Shown here: positions 29,120 through 43,494 of the stretch, one piece after another | How the letters are laid out: each line of letters begins with the position of its first letter | Position numbering within the stretch: the stretch's first letter is position 1 | Source of the DNA: the human T2T-CHM13v2.0 reference genome, Homo sapiens | DNA: 64,000 nucleotides | Assembly: GCF_009914755.1 (NCBI RefSeq) | Contig: NC_060947.1 | Reading direction: 5' to 3' (one strand) | Translations under genes and position numbers: made by a program | The notes under the pieces: generated by a model | Seen by the model: the letters and a program-made list of their open reading frames with translations, nothing else | What the model was told of the DNA's origin: nothing | Database searches by the model: none

Positions 29120-32100
29120 TTTTAAATTTTTTTTAAGTTTGTGGGTACATAATAGGTGTACATTTTTTGGAGTACATGCAATGTTTTGATACAGGCAAGC
29201 AATGTGAAATAAGCACATCATGAAGCATAGGGTGGGTATTCATTCCCTCAAGCATTTATCCATTGAGTTGCAAAAAAACCAAATTACAAATTTTAAGTTT
29301 TAATAAAAGTGAAGTTATTAACTGTAGTCACCCTATTGTGCTATCAAATAGTAGGTCTTATTCACTCTTTCTAACTATTTTTATACCCATTAAGCATCCC
29401 CTCCTACCCCCAGATCTCTACTACGCTTTCCAGCCTCTGGTAACCATTCTTCTACTCGCTATGTCCATGAGTTCAATTATTTTGATTTTTGGATCCCACA
29501 AACAAGTGAGAACATGCAATGTTTATCTTTCTGTGCCTGGCTTAATGCAATTAACATAATGATTTCCAGTTCCATTTATGTTGTTGCAAATAATTGAATC
29601 TTTTTTATGGCTGAATACTACTCCTTTGTGTATATGAACCACATTTTCTTTATCCATTTGTCTGTTAATGGACAGTTAGGTTTCTTCCAAATATTAGTTA
29701 TTGTAAACAGTGCTGCAACAAACATAGGAGTGCAGATATCTCTTCAATACACTAATTTCCTTTATTTTGGGTATATACCATGCAGTGGGATTGCTAGATC
29801 GACCCTGTGGTATCTGAATTTTTAGTTTTTTTTTCTTTTTTTGAGGAACCTCTAAACTGTTATCCATAGTGATAGTACTAATTTACATTCCCACTAACAG
29901 TGTACAGGGGTTCAGTTTTCTCCACATTCTTGCCAGCATTTGTTATTGCCTGTCATTTGGATCCAAGCCATTTTAACTGAAGTGAGATGATATCTCATTG
30001 TTGTTTGGATTTGCGTTTCTCTGATGATCAATGACGTTGAGTACATTTTTGTGTGCTTGTTTGTCATTTGCATGTCTTCTTTTGAGAAATGTCTATGCAG
30101 ATCATTGACTCATTTTTTGATCAGATTATTAGATTTTTTTCTACACAGTTGTTTGAACTCTTTATATATTGTGGTTATGAACCCCTTGTCAGATGTGTAG
30201 TTTGCAAATATTTTCTCCCATTTGGTGGATTGCCTCTTCACTTCGTTGATTGTATACTTTGCTGTGAATAAGCTTTTTAACTTTATGTGACCCCATTTGT
30301 CCATGTTTGCTTGGGTTGCTTGCGCTTGTGGGGTATTGGTCAACAATGTTTTTTTACCAAGACCAATGTCCTGGAGATTTTCCCCAATGTTTCCTTGTAG
30401 TAGTTTCATAGTATGAGGTCTTAGATTTGTCTTTTATTCATTTTGTTTTGATTTTTGTATATTCTGAGAGATAAGGGTCTAGTTATTCTTCTTCATATGG
30501 ATATCTAGTTTTCCCAGCATCATTATTTATTTTATTATTTGTTTATTTTTCAATTACAATTTCAATCTTTTTTTATATTATATTTCAAGTTCTAGGATAC
30601 ATGTTCACAACATGCAGGTTTGTTACATAGGTAAACATGTGCCATGTTGGTTTGCTGCACCCATCAGCTCATCATTTACATTAGGTATTTCTCCTAATGC
30701 TATCCCTCACCCATCCCCATACCCCATGACAGGCCTCAGTGTGTGATGTTCCCCACCCTGTGTCTAAGTGTTTTCATTGTTCAATTCCCACCTGTGAGTG
30801 AGAACATGCAGTGTTTGGTTTTCTGTCCTTGCGATAGCTTGCTGAGAATGATGGTTTCCAGCTTCATCCATGTCCCTACAAAGGACATGAATTCATCCTT
30901 TTTATGGCTGCATAGTATTCCATGGTGTATATGTGCCACATTTTCTTAATCCATTCTACCATTGACGGACTTTTTGGTTGGTTCCAAGTCTTTGCTATTG
31001 TGGATAATGCCACAATAAATGTGGCATGTTTCTTTATAATAGCATGATTTATAATCCTTTGGGTATATACCCAGTAATGGGATGGCTGAGTCAAATGGTA
31101 TTTCTAGTTCTAGATCCTTGAGGAATCACCACACTGTCTTCCACAATGGTTGAACTACTTTACACTCCCACCAACAGTGTAAAAGTCTTCCTATTTCTCC
31201 ACGTCCTCTCCAGCATCTGTTGTTTCCTGACTTTTTAATGATTGCCATTCTAACTGGTGTGAGATGGTATCTCATTGTGGTTTTGATTTGCATTTCTCCG
31301 ATGACCAGTGATGATGAGCATTTTTTCATGTGTCTTTTGGCTGCATAAATGTCTTCTTTTGAGAAGTGTTTGTTCATATCCTTCGCTCACTTTTTGATGA
31401 GGTTGTTTGTTTTTTTCTTGTAAATTTGTTTAAGTTCTTTGTAGATTCTGGATACTAGCCCTTTGTCAGATGGGTAGATGGCAAAAATGTTCTCCCATTC
31501 TGTAGGTTGCCTGTTCACTCTGATGGCAGTTTCTTTTGCTGTGCAGAAGCTCTTTAGTTTAATTAGATCCCATTTGTCTATTTTGGCTTTTGATGCCCTT
31601 GCTTTTCGTATTTTAGTCATGAAGTCCTTGCCCATGCCTATGTTCTGAATGCATTGCCTTGGTTTTTTTAATAGGGTTTTTATGGTTTTAGGTCTAACAT
31701 GTAAGTCTTTAATCCATCTTGAATTAATTTTTGTGTAAGCTGTAAGGAAGGGATCCAGTTTCAGCTTTCTACATATGGCTAGCCAGTTTTCCCAGCACCA
31801 TTTATTAAATAGGGAATCCTTTCCCCATTTCTTTTTTTTGTCAGGTTTGTCAAAGATTAGATGGTTGTAGATGTGTGGTGTTATTTCTGAGGACTCTGTT
31901 CTGTTCCATTGGTCTATATATCTGTTTTGGTACCAGTACCACCCAGTATCATTTATTGAGAAGACTGTCTTTTCCTCAGCATATGTACTTGGCACCTTCA
32001 TTGAAAATGAGTTCACTCTAGGTGTGTGGATTTGTTTCTGTGTCTTCTATTCTGTCCCATTTGTCTATGTTTCAGTTTTTGAGCCAGTACCATGCTGTTT

Positions 32101-33500
32101 TCATTATTATAGCTCTGTAGTGTAATTTGAAGTCAGCTAATGTGATTCCTCCAGCTTTATTCTGTTTGCTTAGGATAACTTTGGATATTTTGAGTCTTTT
32201 CTCGTTTCATATAAATTTTAGAATAGTTTTTTTTCTACTTATGTGAAGAATGCCATTGGTATTTTGATAGGGATTGCTTTGAATTTGTAGATTGCTTTGG
32301 GGAGTATGGACATTTTAATAATATTGATTCTTTCAATACATGAATACAAAATACTTTTCATTTTTTTGGTGTCTTCTTCCATTTTTTTTCCCATAAGGAT
32401 TCTATAGTTTTTATTACAGAGATCTTCCACTTTTTTGGTCAAGTTAATTTCTAGGTATTTAATTTTACATGTGGATTTATAAGTGGGATTACTTTTTTAT
32501 TTCTTTTGCACCTTCCTCACTGTTATCATATAGAAATGCTACTAATTTTTCTGTTTTGATTTTGTATCCTGCAACCTTACTGAATTTGTGTATCAGTTCT
32601 AATAGTTTTTTTGTGAAATCTTTAGGTTTTTAAAAATATAAGATTATATCATCTTTATAAAAGGATAATTTGACTTCTTCCTTTCCAATCTGGATGCTCT
32701 TTATTTCATTCTCTTGTGTAATTGCTCTAACTAAGACTTTCAGTACTATGTTGAATAACAGTGGTGAAAGTGGGCATCCTTGTAGTGTTGCAGATCTTAG
32801 AGGAAAGTCTTCCAGGTTTTTTCCCCGTTCATGGTACTAGCTGTGGGTCTGTTACATATGGCTTTTATTGTGTTGAGGTATCTTTCTTTTATACCCAATT
32901 TTTTGACAATTTTGTTTTTATCATAAAGGAATGTCAAATTTTATTAAATGCTTTTGCAGCATGAATTGAAATGATCATACGGCCTTTGTCGTTCATTCTC
33001 TTGATGAATGTATCACATTGATTGATTTGTGTATGTGGAACCATTGTTGCATCCCAAGGATAAATCCTATTTAGTCAAGATGAATAAAGTTTTCAATGTA
33101 TTGCTCAATAAGGTTTGCTAGTATTTTGTTGACGATTTTTATGTCACTATTCATCAGAGATATTGGCCTGTAGTTTTCTTTTTTTGGTGGTGTGTCTTTT
33201 TATTATTTGGGCATCAGGGTAATAGTGGCCTTGCAGATTGAGTTTGGAAGTATTCCCTCCTCCTCTATTTTTCAGAATAGTTTGAGTAGAATCAGTATTA
33301 GTTCTTCTTTAAATGTTTGGTAGTATTCAGCAGTGATGCCAACAGGTCCCAAGCTTTGACTTACAGACGTTTTATTATGGCTTTGACCTCATTACTTGTT
33401 ATTAGTCTGTTCAGATTTTGAATTTCTTTCTGGTTCAATGTTGGTAGGTTGTAGTGTCTAGGAATTTGCCCAATTTCTTCTAGATTTTCCAATTTATTGA
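29120..33500 (-). mobile_element. L1MA1/2-like element, interrupted by an L1PA
   Basis: gtgggtacataataggtgta...aatgtgaaataagcacatcatg 3'UTR; ORF2 resumes at 31942. Confidence 0.88.
30525..31941 (-). mobile_element. 5'-truncated L1PA6/7-like element
   Basis: TSD cccag(c/t)atcatt at 30513-30524 and 31942-31953; ORF2 peptide [14 protein letters not shown]. Confidence 0.92.
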
Positions 33501-35220
33501 TAGTTTGATAGGAATAGCATTTAATCTATAAATTGCTTTGGACAGTATGGCAATTTTAACAATATTTATATTCTTTCTATTAATGAGCAAGAAATATTTT
33601 CCCATTAGTGTCATCTCTGATTTCCTTGGGCAGAGTTTGGTAATTCCCATTTTACAGTTCTTTCACCTTCATTAACTGTATTCCTAGGTATTTTATGTTT
33701 TTTTTTGTTTTTTTGTTTTTTTTTGGTTGTGGGGTGCAATTGTGAATGGGATTGCATTCTTTATTTGGCTCTCAGCTTGACTGTTTGTGTATAGAAATGC
33801 TAGTAATTTTTGTACATTGATTTTGTGTCCTGAGACTTTGCTGAAGTTATCACCTCGAGGAGCTTTTGGGTAGGGACCATGGGGTTTTGTAAATATAGAA
33901 TCATGTTGTCTGCAAACAGGGATAGGTTTACTTTCTCTCTTCCTATTTGGATGCCCTTTATTTCTTTCTCTTGCCTGATGGTTCTGGCCAGGACTTCCAG
34001 TAATATATTAAATAGGAGCAGTGACAGAGGGTGTACCTGTCTTGTGCCAGTTTTCAAGGGCAATGCTTCCAGCTTTTGCTCATTCAGTATGTCGTTGGCT
34101 GTGGGCTTGTCATTGATGACTGTTATTATTTTCAGGTATATTCCGTCAATACCTATTTTATTGGGAGTTTTTAACATGGGGGAGTGCTGAATTTTATCAG
34201 AAGCCTTTCTTCATTTATTAAGATAATCATGTGGTTTTTGTCTTTAGTTCTGTTTATGTGATGAACCACATTTACTAATTTGTGTATGTTGAACCAATCT
34301 TGCATTACACGATAAAGTCTACTTGATTGTGCTAGATAAGTTTTTGAAGTGCTGCTGGATTCAGCTTATCTGTATTTTGTTGAGAATTTTTGCATCAATA
34401 TTTATTAAGGATATTGGAGTGAAGTTTTTGTTGTTGTATCTCTCTCAGGTTTTGTTATCAGGATGATGCTGGCCTCATATAGTGAATTAGGGAGGAGTTC
34501 CCCCTTCCCAACTGTCTGGTCCTTTGATTTTCTTGGTTGGTAGGCTATTTATTACTGACTCAATTTCAGAGCTCATTATTGGTTTATTCAGGGATTCAAT
34601 TTCTTCCTTGTTCAGTCTTGGGAGGGTGTGTGTGTGTTCAGGAATTCATCCATTTCTTCTAGATTTTTTAGTATATGTGCATAGATTTTTTCATAATGGA
34701 TTTTCTGATGGTTGTTTGTATTTCTGTGCCATCAGTGATAATGTCTTCTTTGTCATTTCTAACTGTGTTTATTTGGATTTTTTCTCTTTTCTACTTTATT
34801 ATTCTAGCTGGTGATCTATTTATCATAATAGTTTTTTCAAAATATCAGCTACTGAAATTGATGATCTTTGGAATAGTTTTTCATGTCTCAATCTCCTTCA
34901 ATTCAGGTTTGATTTTGGTCTTTTCTTGTCTTCTGCTAGCTTTTGAGTTAGTTTTCTTTTGGTTCTCTAGATCTTTTAATTGTGATGTTAGGTTGTTAAA
35001 TTACAATCTTTGTAACTTTTTGATGAGGGCATTTAGTGCTATGAATTTTCCTGTCAACACTGACTTAGCCGTGTCTCCTAATTTTTGGTAAGCTGTATTT
35101 TTCTTCTTATTAATTTCAAAGAATGTCTTAATTTTTTGCTTCCATTTCATTATTTACCCTAAAGTCATTCAGGAGCAGGTTATTCAATTTCCATGTAATT
35201 TTATGGTTTTGAACTATTTT

Positions 35221-35446
35221 TCTTTTTTTTTTTGACTTTTTTTATTATTATACTTCAAGTTCTAGAGTACATGTGCACAACGTGCAGGCTTGTTACATAG
35301 GTATACATGTATCATGTTGTTTTGCTGCACTCATCAACTGGTCATTTACATTACATATTTCTAACTCTATCCCTCCCCCAGTCCCCCACCCCTGAATAGG
35401 CCCCGGTGTGTGATGTTCCCCTCCCTGCGTCCATGTGTTCTCATTG
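35221..35446 (-). mobile_element. Very short 5'-truncated L1PA (3'UTR only)
   Basis: TSD ggttttgaactatttt at 35205-35220 and 35447-35462. Confidence 0.9.
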
Positions 35447-37254
35447 GGTTTTGAACTATTTTCTTAGTCTTGAATTCCTTTTTAAATGTGCTGTGGTTCA
35501 AGAGAGTGGTTTGTATGATTTCAATTCTTTTGCATTTGCTGAGTTGTGCTTTATGTCCGAGTATGTGATTGACTTCATGGTATGTATCATGTGGCCTTGA
35601 GAAGAAAGTATATTCTGTTGTTTTGGGGTGCAGAGTTCTGTGGATATCTATTAGGACCATTTGATCCCTTGCTGAGCTTAGGTCCTGAATATCATTGTTA
35701 TTTTTTTGCCTCAGTGATCTGTCTAATACTGTCAGTGTGGTGTTGAATTCTCCCACCATTATTGTGTGGGAGTCTAAGTCTCTTCGATGGTCCCTAATAA
35801 CTTGCTATATGAATCTGGGTGCTTCTGTGTTGGGTGCACATATATTTAAGATAGTTAGGTTTTCTTGTTGAATTAAACCCTTTATCATTATGTAATGCCC
35901 TTCTTTGTCTTTTTGATCTTTGTTGATGTAAGTCTGTTTGTCTGAAATTAGGATTGCAACCCCTTCTTTTCTGTTTTCCATTGCTTGGTAGATTTTTCTC
36001 CATTTTTTTTTTTATTTTGAGCCTATGTGTGTCACTGCATATGAGATGGGTCTCTTGAAGACAGTGTACCACTGGTCTTGGTTGTTTATTCAACTTGACA
36101 CTCTATGATTTTTAATTGAGTCTTTGAGTCCATTCACATTCAAGGTTAGTATTGAAATGTGTGGACTTGATACTGTTCTCATGATGTTACCGGTTATTAT
36201 GCAGACTCGTTTGTGCATTTTCTTTATAGTGTCACTGGTGTGTGTACCTAAGTGTGTTTTCGTATTGGCCAGACATGGTCTTTTCTTTCCATATTTAGTG
36301 CTTCTCTCAGGAGCTCTTGTAAGGCAGGTCTGCTGGTAATAAATTCCCTCAGCATTTGCTTATTTTAAAAGGGTCTTATTTCTCTTATTTCTTCACTTTT
36401 AAAGCTTACTTTGGCCATATATGAAATCCTGGGTTGGAATGTCTTTTCTTTAAGAATGCTGAATATTGGTCCCCAATCTCTTCTGGCTTGTAGGGTTTCT
36501 GCTGGGAGGTCCACTCTTAGTCTGATGGGCTCCTGTTTGTAGGTGATATGATATTCCTTTCTAGCTGCCTTTAACATTTTTTCTTTCCTTTCAACCTTGG
36601 AGAATCTTATGATTATATGTCTTGGGGATGATCTTTTTGTGAAATATCTTGCTGAGGTTCTCTGCATTTTCCAAACATTCAGCAGGCCTCTCCTTTCTAT
36701 CTTGGTTGGGGAAGTTCTCATAAATGATATCCAGAAATATAATTTTTAAGTTATTTACACTCTCCTCATCTGTTTCAGGAACACCAATGAGTCATAGATT
36801 TTATCTCTTTACATAATCCCTTATTTCTCAGAGGTTTTGTTTGCTCCTTTTTATTGTTTTTCTCTATTCTTATCTGCCTGTCTTATTTCAGAAAGTCAGT
36901 TTTCAAACTCAGAGATTCTTCTTTAAGCTTGGCTTATTCTGCTATAATACTTGCGATTGCATTATAAAATTTGTGTGGTATGTTTTTCAGCTCTAGCAGG
37001 TCAGTTATATTCTTTTCTATACTGGTTATTTTCATCTGTCAGCTCCTGTATTATTTCAGTGTGATTCTTGGCTTCCTGAAATTCCTGCATCTCAATTATC
37101 ACTGTGACTCTCCATATTTGCGAGTTCTATTTCTATCATTTCTGCCATCTCAGCCCTGTTCAGAACTCTCACTAGAAAGGTACTGTAGTAGTTTGGAGGA
37201 AAGAATGCACTCTGGCTTTTTGAGTTGTCAAAGTTTTTGTGCTGTATTTTTTTT

Positions 37255-37926
37255 CTTTTTTTATTTCATTTTATTTTATTATTATTATACTTTAAGTTTT
37301 AGGGTACATGTGCACAATGTGCAGGTTAGTTACATATGTATACATGTGCCATGCTGGTGTGCTGCACCCATTAACTCATCATTTAGCATTAGGTATATCT
37401 CCTAATGCTATCCCTCCCCGCTCCCCCCACCCCACAACAGTCCCCAGAGTGTGATGTTCCCCTTCCTGTGTCCATGTGTTCTCATTGTTCAATTCCCACC
37501 TATGAGTGAGAATATGCAGTATTTGGTTTTTTGTCCTTGCAATAGTTTACTGAGAATGATGATTTCCAATTTCATCCATGTCCCTACAAAGGACATGAAC
37601 TCATCATTTTTTATGGCTGCATAGTATTCCACGGTGTATATGTGCCACATTTTCTTAATCCAGTCTATCATTGTTGGACATTTGGGTTGGTTCCAAGTCT
37701 TTGCTATTGTGAATAGTGCCGCAATAAACATATGTGTGCATGTGTCTTTATAGCAGCATGATTTATAGTCCTTTGGATGTATACCCAGTAATGGGATGGC
37801 TGGGTCAAATGGTACTTCTAGTTCTAGATCGCTGAGGAATCGCCACACTGACTTCCACAATGGTTGAACTAGTTTACAGTCCCACCAACAGTGTAAAAGT
37901 GTTCCTATTTCTCCACATCCTCTCCA
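37255..37926 (-). mobile_element. 5'-truncated L1PA3-like element inserted in ORF1 of the older L1
   Basis: TSD tgtgctgtatttttttt at 37238-37254 and 37927-37943; gatgatttccaatttc diagnostic. Confidence 0.93.
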
Positions 37927-39582
37927 TGTGCTGTATTTTTTTTCTCATCTTTGTGGGTTGATGTTACTTCAATCTTTGAAGTTGCTGACCTTTGGATGGT
38001 TGTTTCTTTCTTTTATTCTATTCAATGACCTTGATGTATTGACTTTGGTATAAGCTGTATTCGGCTGACTGGCTTCATTTCTGGATTCTTTTATGGGGCT
38101 AACACTCAGCTCCCAACTCCTGGATTGTGTGCTCTAACACTGAGGGACTTGTACTGGGCCTGACTTTTTTTATCCTGGCTCCTTGAGGTTAGAAACCCAC
38201 TGTACTGGGTTAAGGAAAATAAAGTTGCTCCCAGACCCCCTGGTCACTACCCTTCGATGAGTCTTGTCAGCCAAAGCATTTCATAGTACTGTGAACAGTG
38301 GGATCTATCCTTATTCATACATGCCAGCAGTATGGTGTGGTGCACACTCATCAGCTGCTGCGGGGTGCTAGCGGGTGGTTGGGTGCTTGCTTCCATGCAG
38401 GCATTCGCCACAGTGGTGGAGGCAATGCATCTCATGGGTGGGAGTATGGAGGGGTCCCTGCTAATGACTGTGCAGTCCCGCTGGTGGTGGCCTTCGCTCA
38501 GGGGCTCGGTGTTGGCAGGCCCAGGTCTGTATGCCTTCTCTGTGTGTCACAAAGTGGAGTGGTCACTCAGGATAGGGGAGTATCTACTGTTCTCTGCACC
38601 TTATTTCACTTCCAAGGCAGTGTTAGTGCAAGGGTGGGGTGCTGGTGGAGGTGGGGCTGGTTGGCTCTTTTCCTGCCTAGTCTCCATCTGTAATGGCAGT
38701 TAGCAGGGGTACAAGGGGTGTCTACACTCCCACCACAGTAGTAGCAGGGAAGGGTGCATGCACCCTAGCACACTGGCGGGGCAAAAAAAGCAAAATCCAC
38801 CTATGCAGACATGGACCTGAAAAGTGATGTGAGTAGTTGCCATGGGTCTAGGGGAAGCTGTAGTGAGTGGGAGGGAGCATGCAGGCTGGTGCATGACCAT
38901 GGAGGCCACCTTACTGGAGCTCTTCACTGGATAAGCACAGTCCACCAGCACAGAAGCTATTATGTGATTCCTCAGGGCACCCAAAACTGCCCCACAAGCA
39001 GTTGTGGCCAGCCAGCGACCCCTGTAGAGGCCAGCAGACCAAGTAGTGCTCAGGTCAGATTGGCCACATCTGATGGGTAAGACCACCCTGCAGAGTTCAG
39101 GATTGACAGTTCCCCTAGGGCTAAAGTCTCCTATGGGGACAAGTCAAGCCTAGGGTCATGGCCGTCTCTGGATGTGCTCTGCTAGAGATGCTCTCACACT
39201 AATCTCTCTGTGCTCCACATCAGCCTCTATGCTGCCCCTACCATTTCTCTAAGCAGCAATCTCTGCCACTCGAGTGTCCATAGTGGTCGAAGTATCTCCT
39301 CCTGCTGGAGTTCCAGAGGCCAATGGTGAGAATGCGTTGTTCCTTGCTAATTCAACTCACCTATTCCCCTGAATCCAATGGGGGGGGGCAGGAAATGAGT
39401 CCAGGTGCACAATAGCCCCGTGTAGAGTTCCCATATTCCTGCCCGTTCAGCCCAGCTTCTACGACTTCCCTCCATCTTGGTGCCTTCCCTCTGAAGATTT
39501 GTTAGAAGTATGCTAGTAGTCTGGATCCCTCCCTGGCAGTTGTTCCACCTTGCTGAGTCTAGTCAGCCATCTTGGCATAATC

Positions 39583-39816
39583 TGAGGCAAGTAGTTTAAG
39601 ACCAACCAGGGAACCATAGTGAGACTGTGTCTCTACAAAAATGAAATAAAACAAAATAAAATAAAATAAAAAATAGCCAGGGATGGTGGCATGCAACTGT
39701 AGTTTTAGTTACTCAGGATGTTGAGGTGGGAGTATGACTTGAGCCTAGATGTTTGAAGTTTTAGTGAGCTATGGCTACACTGCACTCCAGCCTGAGTGAC
39801 AGAGTGAGACCTTCAG
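39583..39816 (+). mobile_element. AluJ, partial
   Basis: gtctctacaaaa linker; right arm gtgagctatgg...tgcactccagcctgagtgacagagtgagacc. Confidence 0.85.
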
Positions 39817-39945
39817 GAAAAGAGAGAGAAAGAAAAAAGAAATGAAAGAAAGAAAGAAGAAAAGAAAGAAAGAAAGAAAGAGAGAAAGAGGAAGGAAGGA
39901 AGGAAGGTAGGAATGAAGGAAGGAAGGAAGGAAGGGAAAGAAAGG
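39817..39945. repeat. (GAAA)n/(GGAA)n purine microsatellite
   Basis: Direct arrays derived from the Alu tail. Confidence 0.92.
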
Positions 39946-40544
39946 CCAGATTCTAACACAGAATAACCTGGCATTTATTGCTGCTCAACACTTTCCAAAT
40001 CTAATTTGAAAAGCTTATATTTATAGTGAAGTCCCTGAAGGGGACTTCCCCTTGGATGCTTTACAATCGATTTCTGGCTTAATCCAGGTCACCAGAGAAT
40101 TGTTAATCTGGACTGCTGGGCAACTTTATTTTGACATAGTATAGATCAATAATATCTTTTACAGACATTTTGTCATTAAGGCATTGAATTAAAATAAGGG
40201 GAATTATTAGAAACAGCCTTTAAGAAACAAATTGCTGGATTTATTGTCAAGGTCTTGTTGATACTGCTCACAATGTCCTCTTGAAAACATCTCATGAGAG
40301 ACTAGTTATCTGATGTTAGTAACAATATTTGTTGTTAAGATATTATAACTCATACAGTTGATAGGGTTTCCATCTGCACTGACAGCTCGAAAGTTCAGAA
40401 TCAAATTTGCGGCTCAGGTTTAGCAAATGTGAAAAAAAATTTTGGCATACATTTTACCTCCTAACTTCATTCAGATGCTCTTCATCCAGCCACTGCTATC
40501 TCTTCATTTCTAAATCCATAAACTCTTTTCTAGCTTTGTAGAGA

Positions 40545-40910
40545 CAGTTTGTGTAGTGGTTATGATCATGGCCTCTACATTTAAGTAGGCTGTATTTAAA
40601 TCTACTTTTTGTCACTTACTATGTAGCCTTGACCTAGTTACTTATATTCTCTATACCTCAGTTCCTCCATCTGTCCAGTGGATATAATAATGGTACATAC
40701 CTCCTAGGGTTGTTATAAGTATTACATTGGGGTAATATATGCAAAGTGTTTAGAACAGTGCCTGACACCCGGTACTATTAATAACCCAATTTCAGGGGAT
40801 GCCATTTACATAGAATGTAGCATGAATGATGCTTTTTAGATTTGGACAATGTGATGACTCTGCTGATACATAGTGAGTACTCTATAGATGTTAGCCAATG
40901 TTATTGCTCT
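40545..40910 (+). mobile_element. MIR interrupted by a MER91-like hAT relic (~40770-40862)
   Basis: MIR core cctcagttcctccatctgt...cagtgcctgacac resumes at ctgatacatagtgagtactc; insert carries ggggatgccatttacatag. Confidence 0.7.
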
Positions 40911-41167
40911 CACATGTTCATAGACTGTGCAGTTTTAATGAAAGAAATAAACCTATTTCCCTCACTGTCTCCACAAAAGAAGGTGGGCCCACAAAAACCC
41001 AGGTTGTAAGAAAACTTTCTAACACTTACTTCTAAGGCTACCTCATCTCTAAATTCAGCCAGCTTCAATCCCATTTTGTTACACTTTGTTTTCTACCAGG
41101 CCGTTGATTTGGGAACAGTATGTGACACCAAGTATTATATGTAAACATAATGCCAGGTAGATCATCT

Positions 41168-43490
41168 TGTTGAACATACGTGTTCATGTGTTGTTATGGT
41201 AGAACGATTTATATTCCTTTAGGTATATATTCAATAATGGGATTGCCAGGTTGAATGGTAGTTCTTTTTTAAGTTCTTTGAGAAATTGCCAAATTGCTTT
41301 TCCCAATGACTGGACTAATTTACATTCCCATCAGCAGTGTACAAACGTTCCGTTTTCTCCAAAACCATGCCAGCATCTGTTATTTTTGACTCTTTAATAA
41401 TAGCCATTCTTACTGGTGTGAGATGGTGTCTCATTGTGGTTTTGATTTGCATTTCTCCAGTAATTAGTGATGTTGGGCATTTTTTTCACATGCTTGTTGG
41501 CTGTGTGTGTGTGTCTTCTTTTGGGAAGTGTTTGTTAATTTCCTTTGTCCTCTTTTTAATGGGGTTGCATGGTTTTTGCTTGCTAATCTGTTTAAGTTCC
41601 TTATAGATTCTGCATATTAGACTTTTGTCAGAGGAATATTATGCAAGTATTTTCTCCCATTCTGTATGTTGTCTGTTTACTTTGTTGATGACTTTTTTTT
41701 TTTGCTGTGCAGAAGCTGTTTAGTTTAATTATGTCCTATTTGTCAATTTTTTTTTTGCAATTGTTTTTAGCATCTTCATCATGAAATCTTTGCCAGGTCC
41801 TATGTCCAGAATAGTATACCACAGGTTTTCTTCAAGGGTTTTTGTAATTTTAGATTTTACATTAAAGTCTTTCATATATCTTTAGTTAATTTTTTAAATG
41901 GTGTAAGAAAGTAGTCCTGTTTCAATCTTCTGCATATGGCTAGCCAGTTATCCCAGCATCGTTTATTGAATAGGGAATCCTTTCTCCATTGCTTGTTATT
42001 GTTGACTTTGTTGAATATCAGATTGTTGCAGTTGTGTGGCTTTATTTCTGGCCTTTTTTGTTCCATTGGTTTATGTGTTTGTTTATGTATGAGTATCATG
42101 CTATTTTAGTTACTGTAGCCTTGTAACATGGTTTGAAGTCAGGTAATGTAATGTTTTAGGTTTGTTTTTTTTTCTTAGGAATGCTTTGGCTCTTCAAGCT
42201 CTTTTTGGGTCCTGTATGAATTTTAGCATAATTTTCTCTAATTCTGTGAAGAAAGTCATTGGGAGTTTGATAGGAATAGCATTGAATCTGTAAATTTCTT
42301 TGGGCAGTATGGCAATTTTAACAATATTAATTCTTACTATCCATGAGGATGGATTGTAGGGACCAGCCCTACAGGGTCTGTGGGTTTTTCTACTCTTGTG
42401 CGGAAATGAGAGATTGTAGAAATAAAGACACAAGACAAAGAGATAGAAGAAAAGACAGCTGGGCCTGGGGGACCACTACCACCAAGACACGGAGACCAGT
42501 AGTGGCCCCGAATGCCTGACTGCACTGCTATTTATTGTATACAAGGCCAAAGGGGCAGGGTAAGGAGTGTGAGTCATCTCCAATGATTGGTAAGGTCACG
42601 TGAGTCATGTGTCCACCAGACAGGGGGCCTTTCCCTTTTAGGTAGCTGAGGCTGAGAGAGAGAGGACAGCCTACGTCATTATTTCTTCTATGCTCTTCTC
42701 AGAAAGATTGAAGACTTAAATACTTTCACTAATTCTGCTACTGCTATCTAGAGGGCGGAGCCAGGTGTACAGAATGGAACATGAAAGTGAAACAGGAGTG
42801 TGACCGCTGAAGCACAGCATCACAGAGAGACGGTTAGGCCTCCAGATGGCTGTGGGTGGGCATGACTGACGTCAAGCCTTCCACAAGAGGTGGTGGAGCA
42901 GAGTCTTCTCTAACTCTCCTGGGGAGGTCTGCTAAGTAATGAGTGCCTTCCCTAGGCACTGACGCTACTGCTAGACCAAGATCAGCTAAGTAACGGTTGC
43001 CTTCCCAGGCACTGGCGTTACCGCTATACCAAGGAGCCCTCTAGCGGCCCTGTTCGGGCATGACAGAGGGCTCACACGTCTTCTGGTCACTTCTCACCTT
43101 GCCCCTTCAGCTCCTATCTCTTTATGGCCTGGTTTTTCCTAGGTTATAATTGTAGAGAAAAGATTATTATAATATTGGAATAAAGGGTAATGCTATAAAC
43201 TGATGATTAATAATGTTCATATATCATCATATCTATCTATAATCTATTTCTAGTATAACTATTCTTATTTTATATATTTTCTTTATTATATTGGAACAGC
43301 TTGTGTCCTCGGTCTCTTGCCTTGGCACCTGGGTGGCTTGCTGCCCACAATGGACTATTTTTCCACTTCTTTGTGTCATCTTTAATTTCTTTCAACAGTA
43401 TTTTGTAATTATTTTCACGGAGATCTTTCATCTCCCTGGTTAACTGTATTGAGTAGGAGTGGCTAGAGTGGGTATCCTTGTCTTGTTCCA
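41168..43490 (-). mobile_element. L1PA (PA13-16-like) ORF2 fragment without 3'UTR, split by LTR13
   Basis: Peptides [17 protein letters not shown] and [12 protein letters not shown]. Confidence 0.87.
42355..43349 (-). mobile_element. Solo LTR13 (ERVK class)
   Basis: Reverse strand starts tgtgggcagcaagccacccaggtgccaaggcaagagaccgagg; TG...CA ends; 6-bp TSD atgga(t/c) at 42349-42354 and 43350-43355; internal ~55-bp tandem gctaagtaa...accaag. Confidence 0.9.
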
Positions 43491-43494
43491 TAAA

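Larger units (their letters stand above)
33501..39575 (-). mobile_element. Older L1PA13-16/L1PB-like element: 5'UTR, ORF1 and ORF2 up to RT; 3' end missing
   Basis: RT peptide LFADNMILY (33800-34177); EN peptides (35367-36093); ORF1 peptide PRHIIIRFSKVE (36365-36721); GC-richer 5'UTR ending ctagtcagccatcttgg. Confidence 0.88.

Noticed and set aside
24100-33500. Apparent tandem segmental duplication (24100-27000 versus 29120-33500)
   Set aside because: The 3'UTR diagnostics differ (different L1MA subfamilies) and the flanks are unrelated, so these are independent insertions.
38247-39086. Cluster of overlapping ORFs in GC-richer DNA
   Set aside because: 5'UTR of an old L1; low stop-codon density explains the ORFs.
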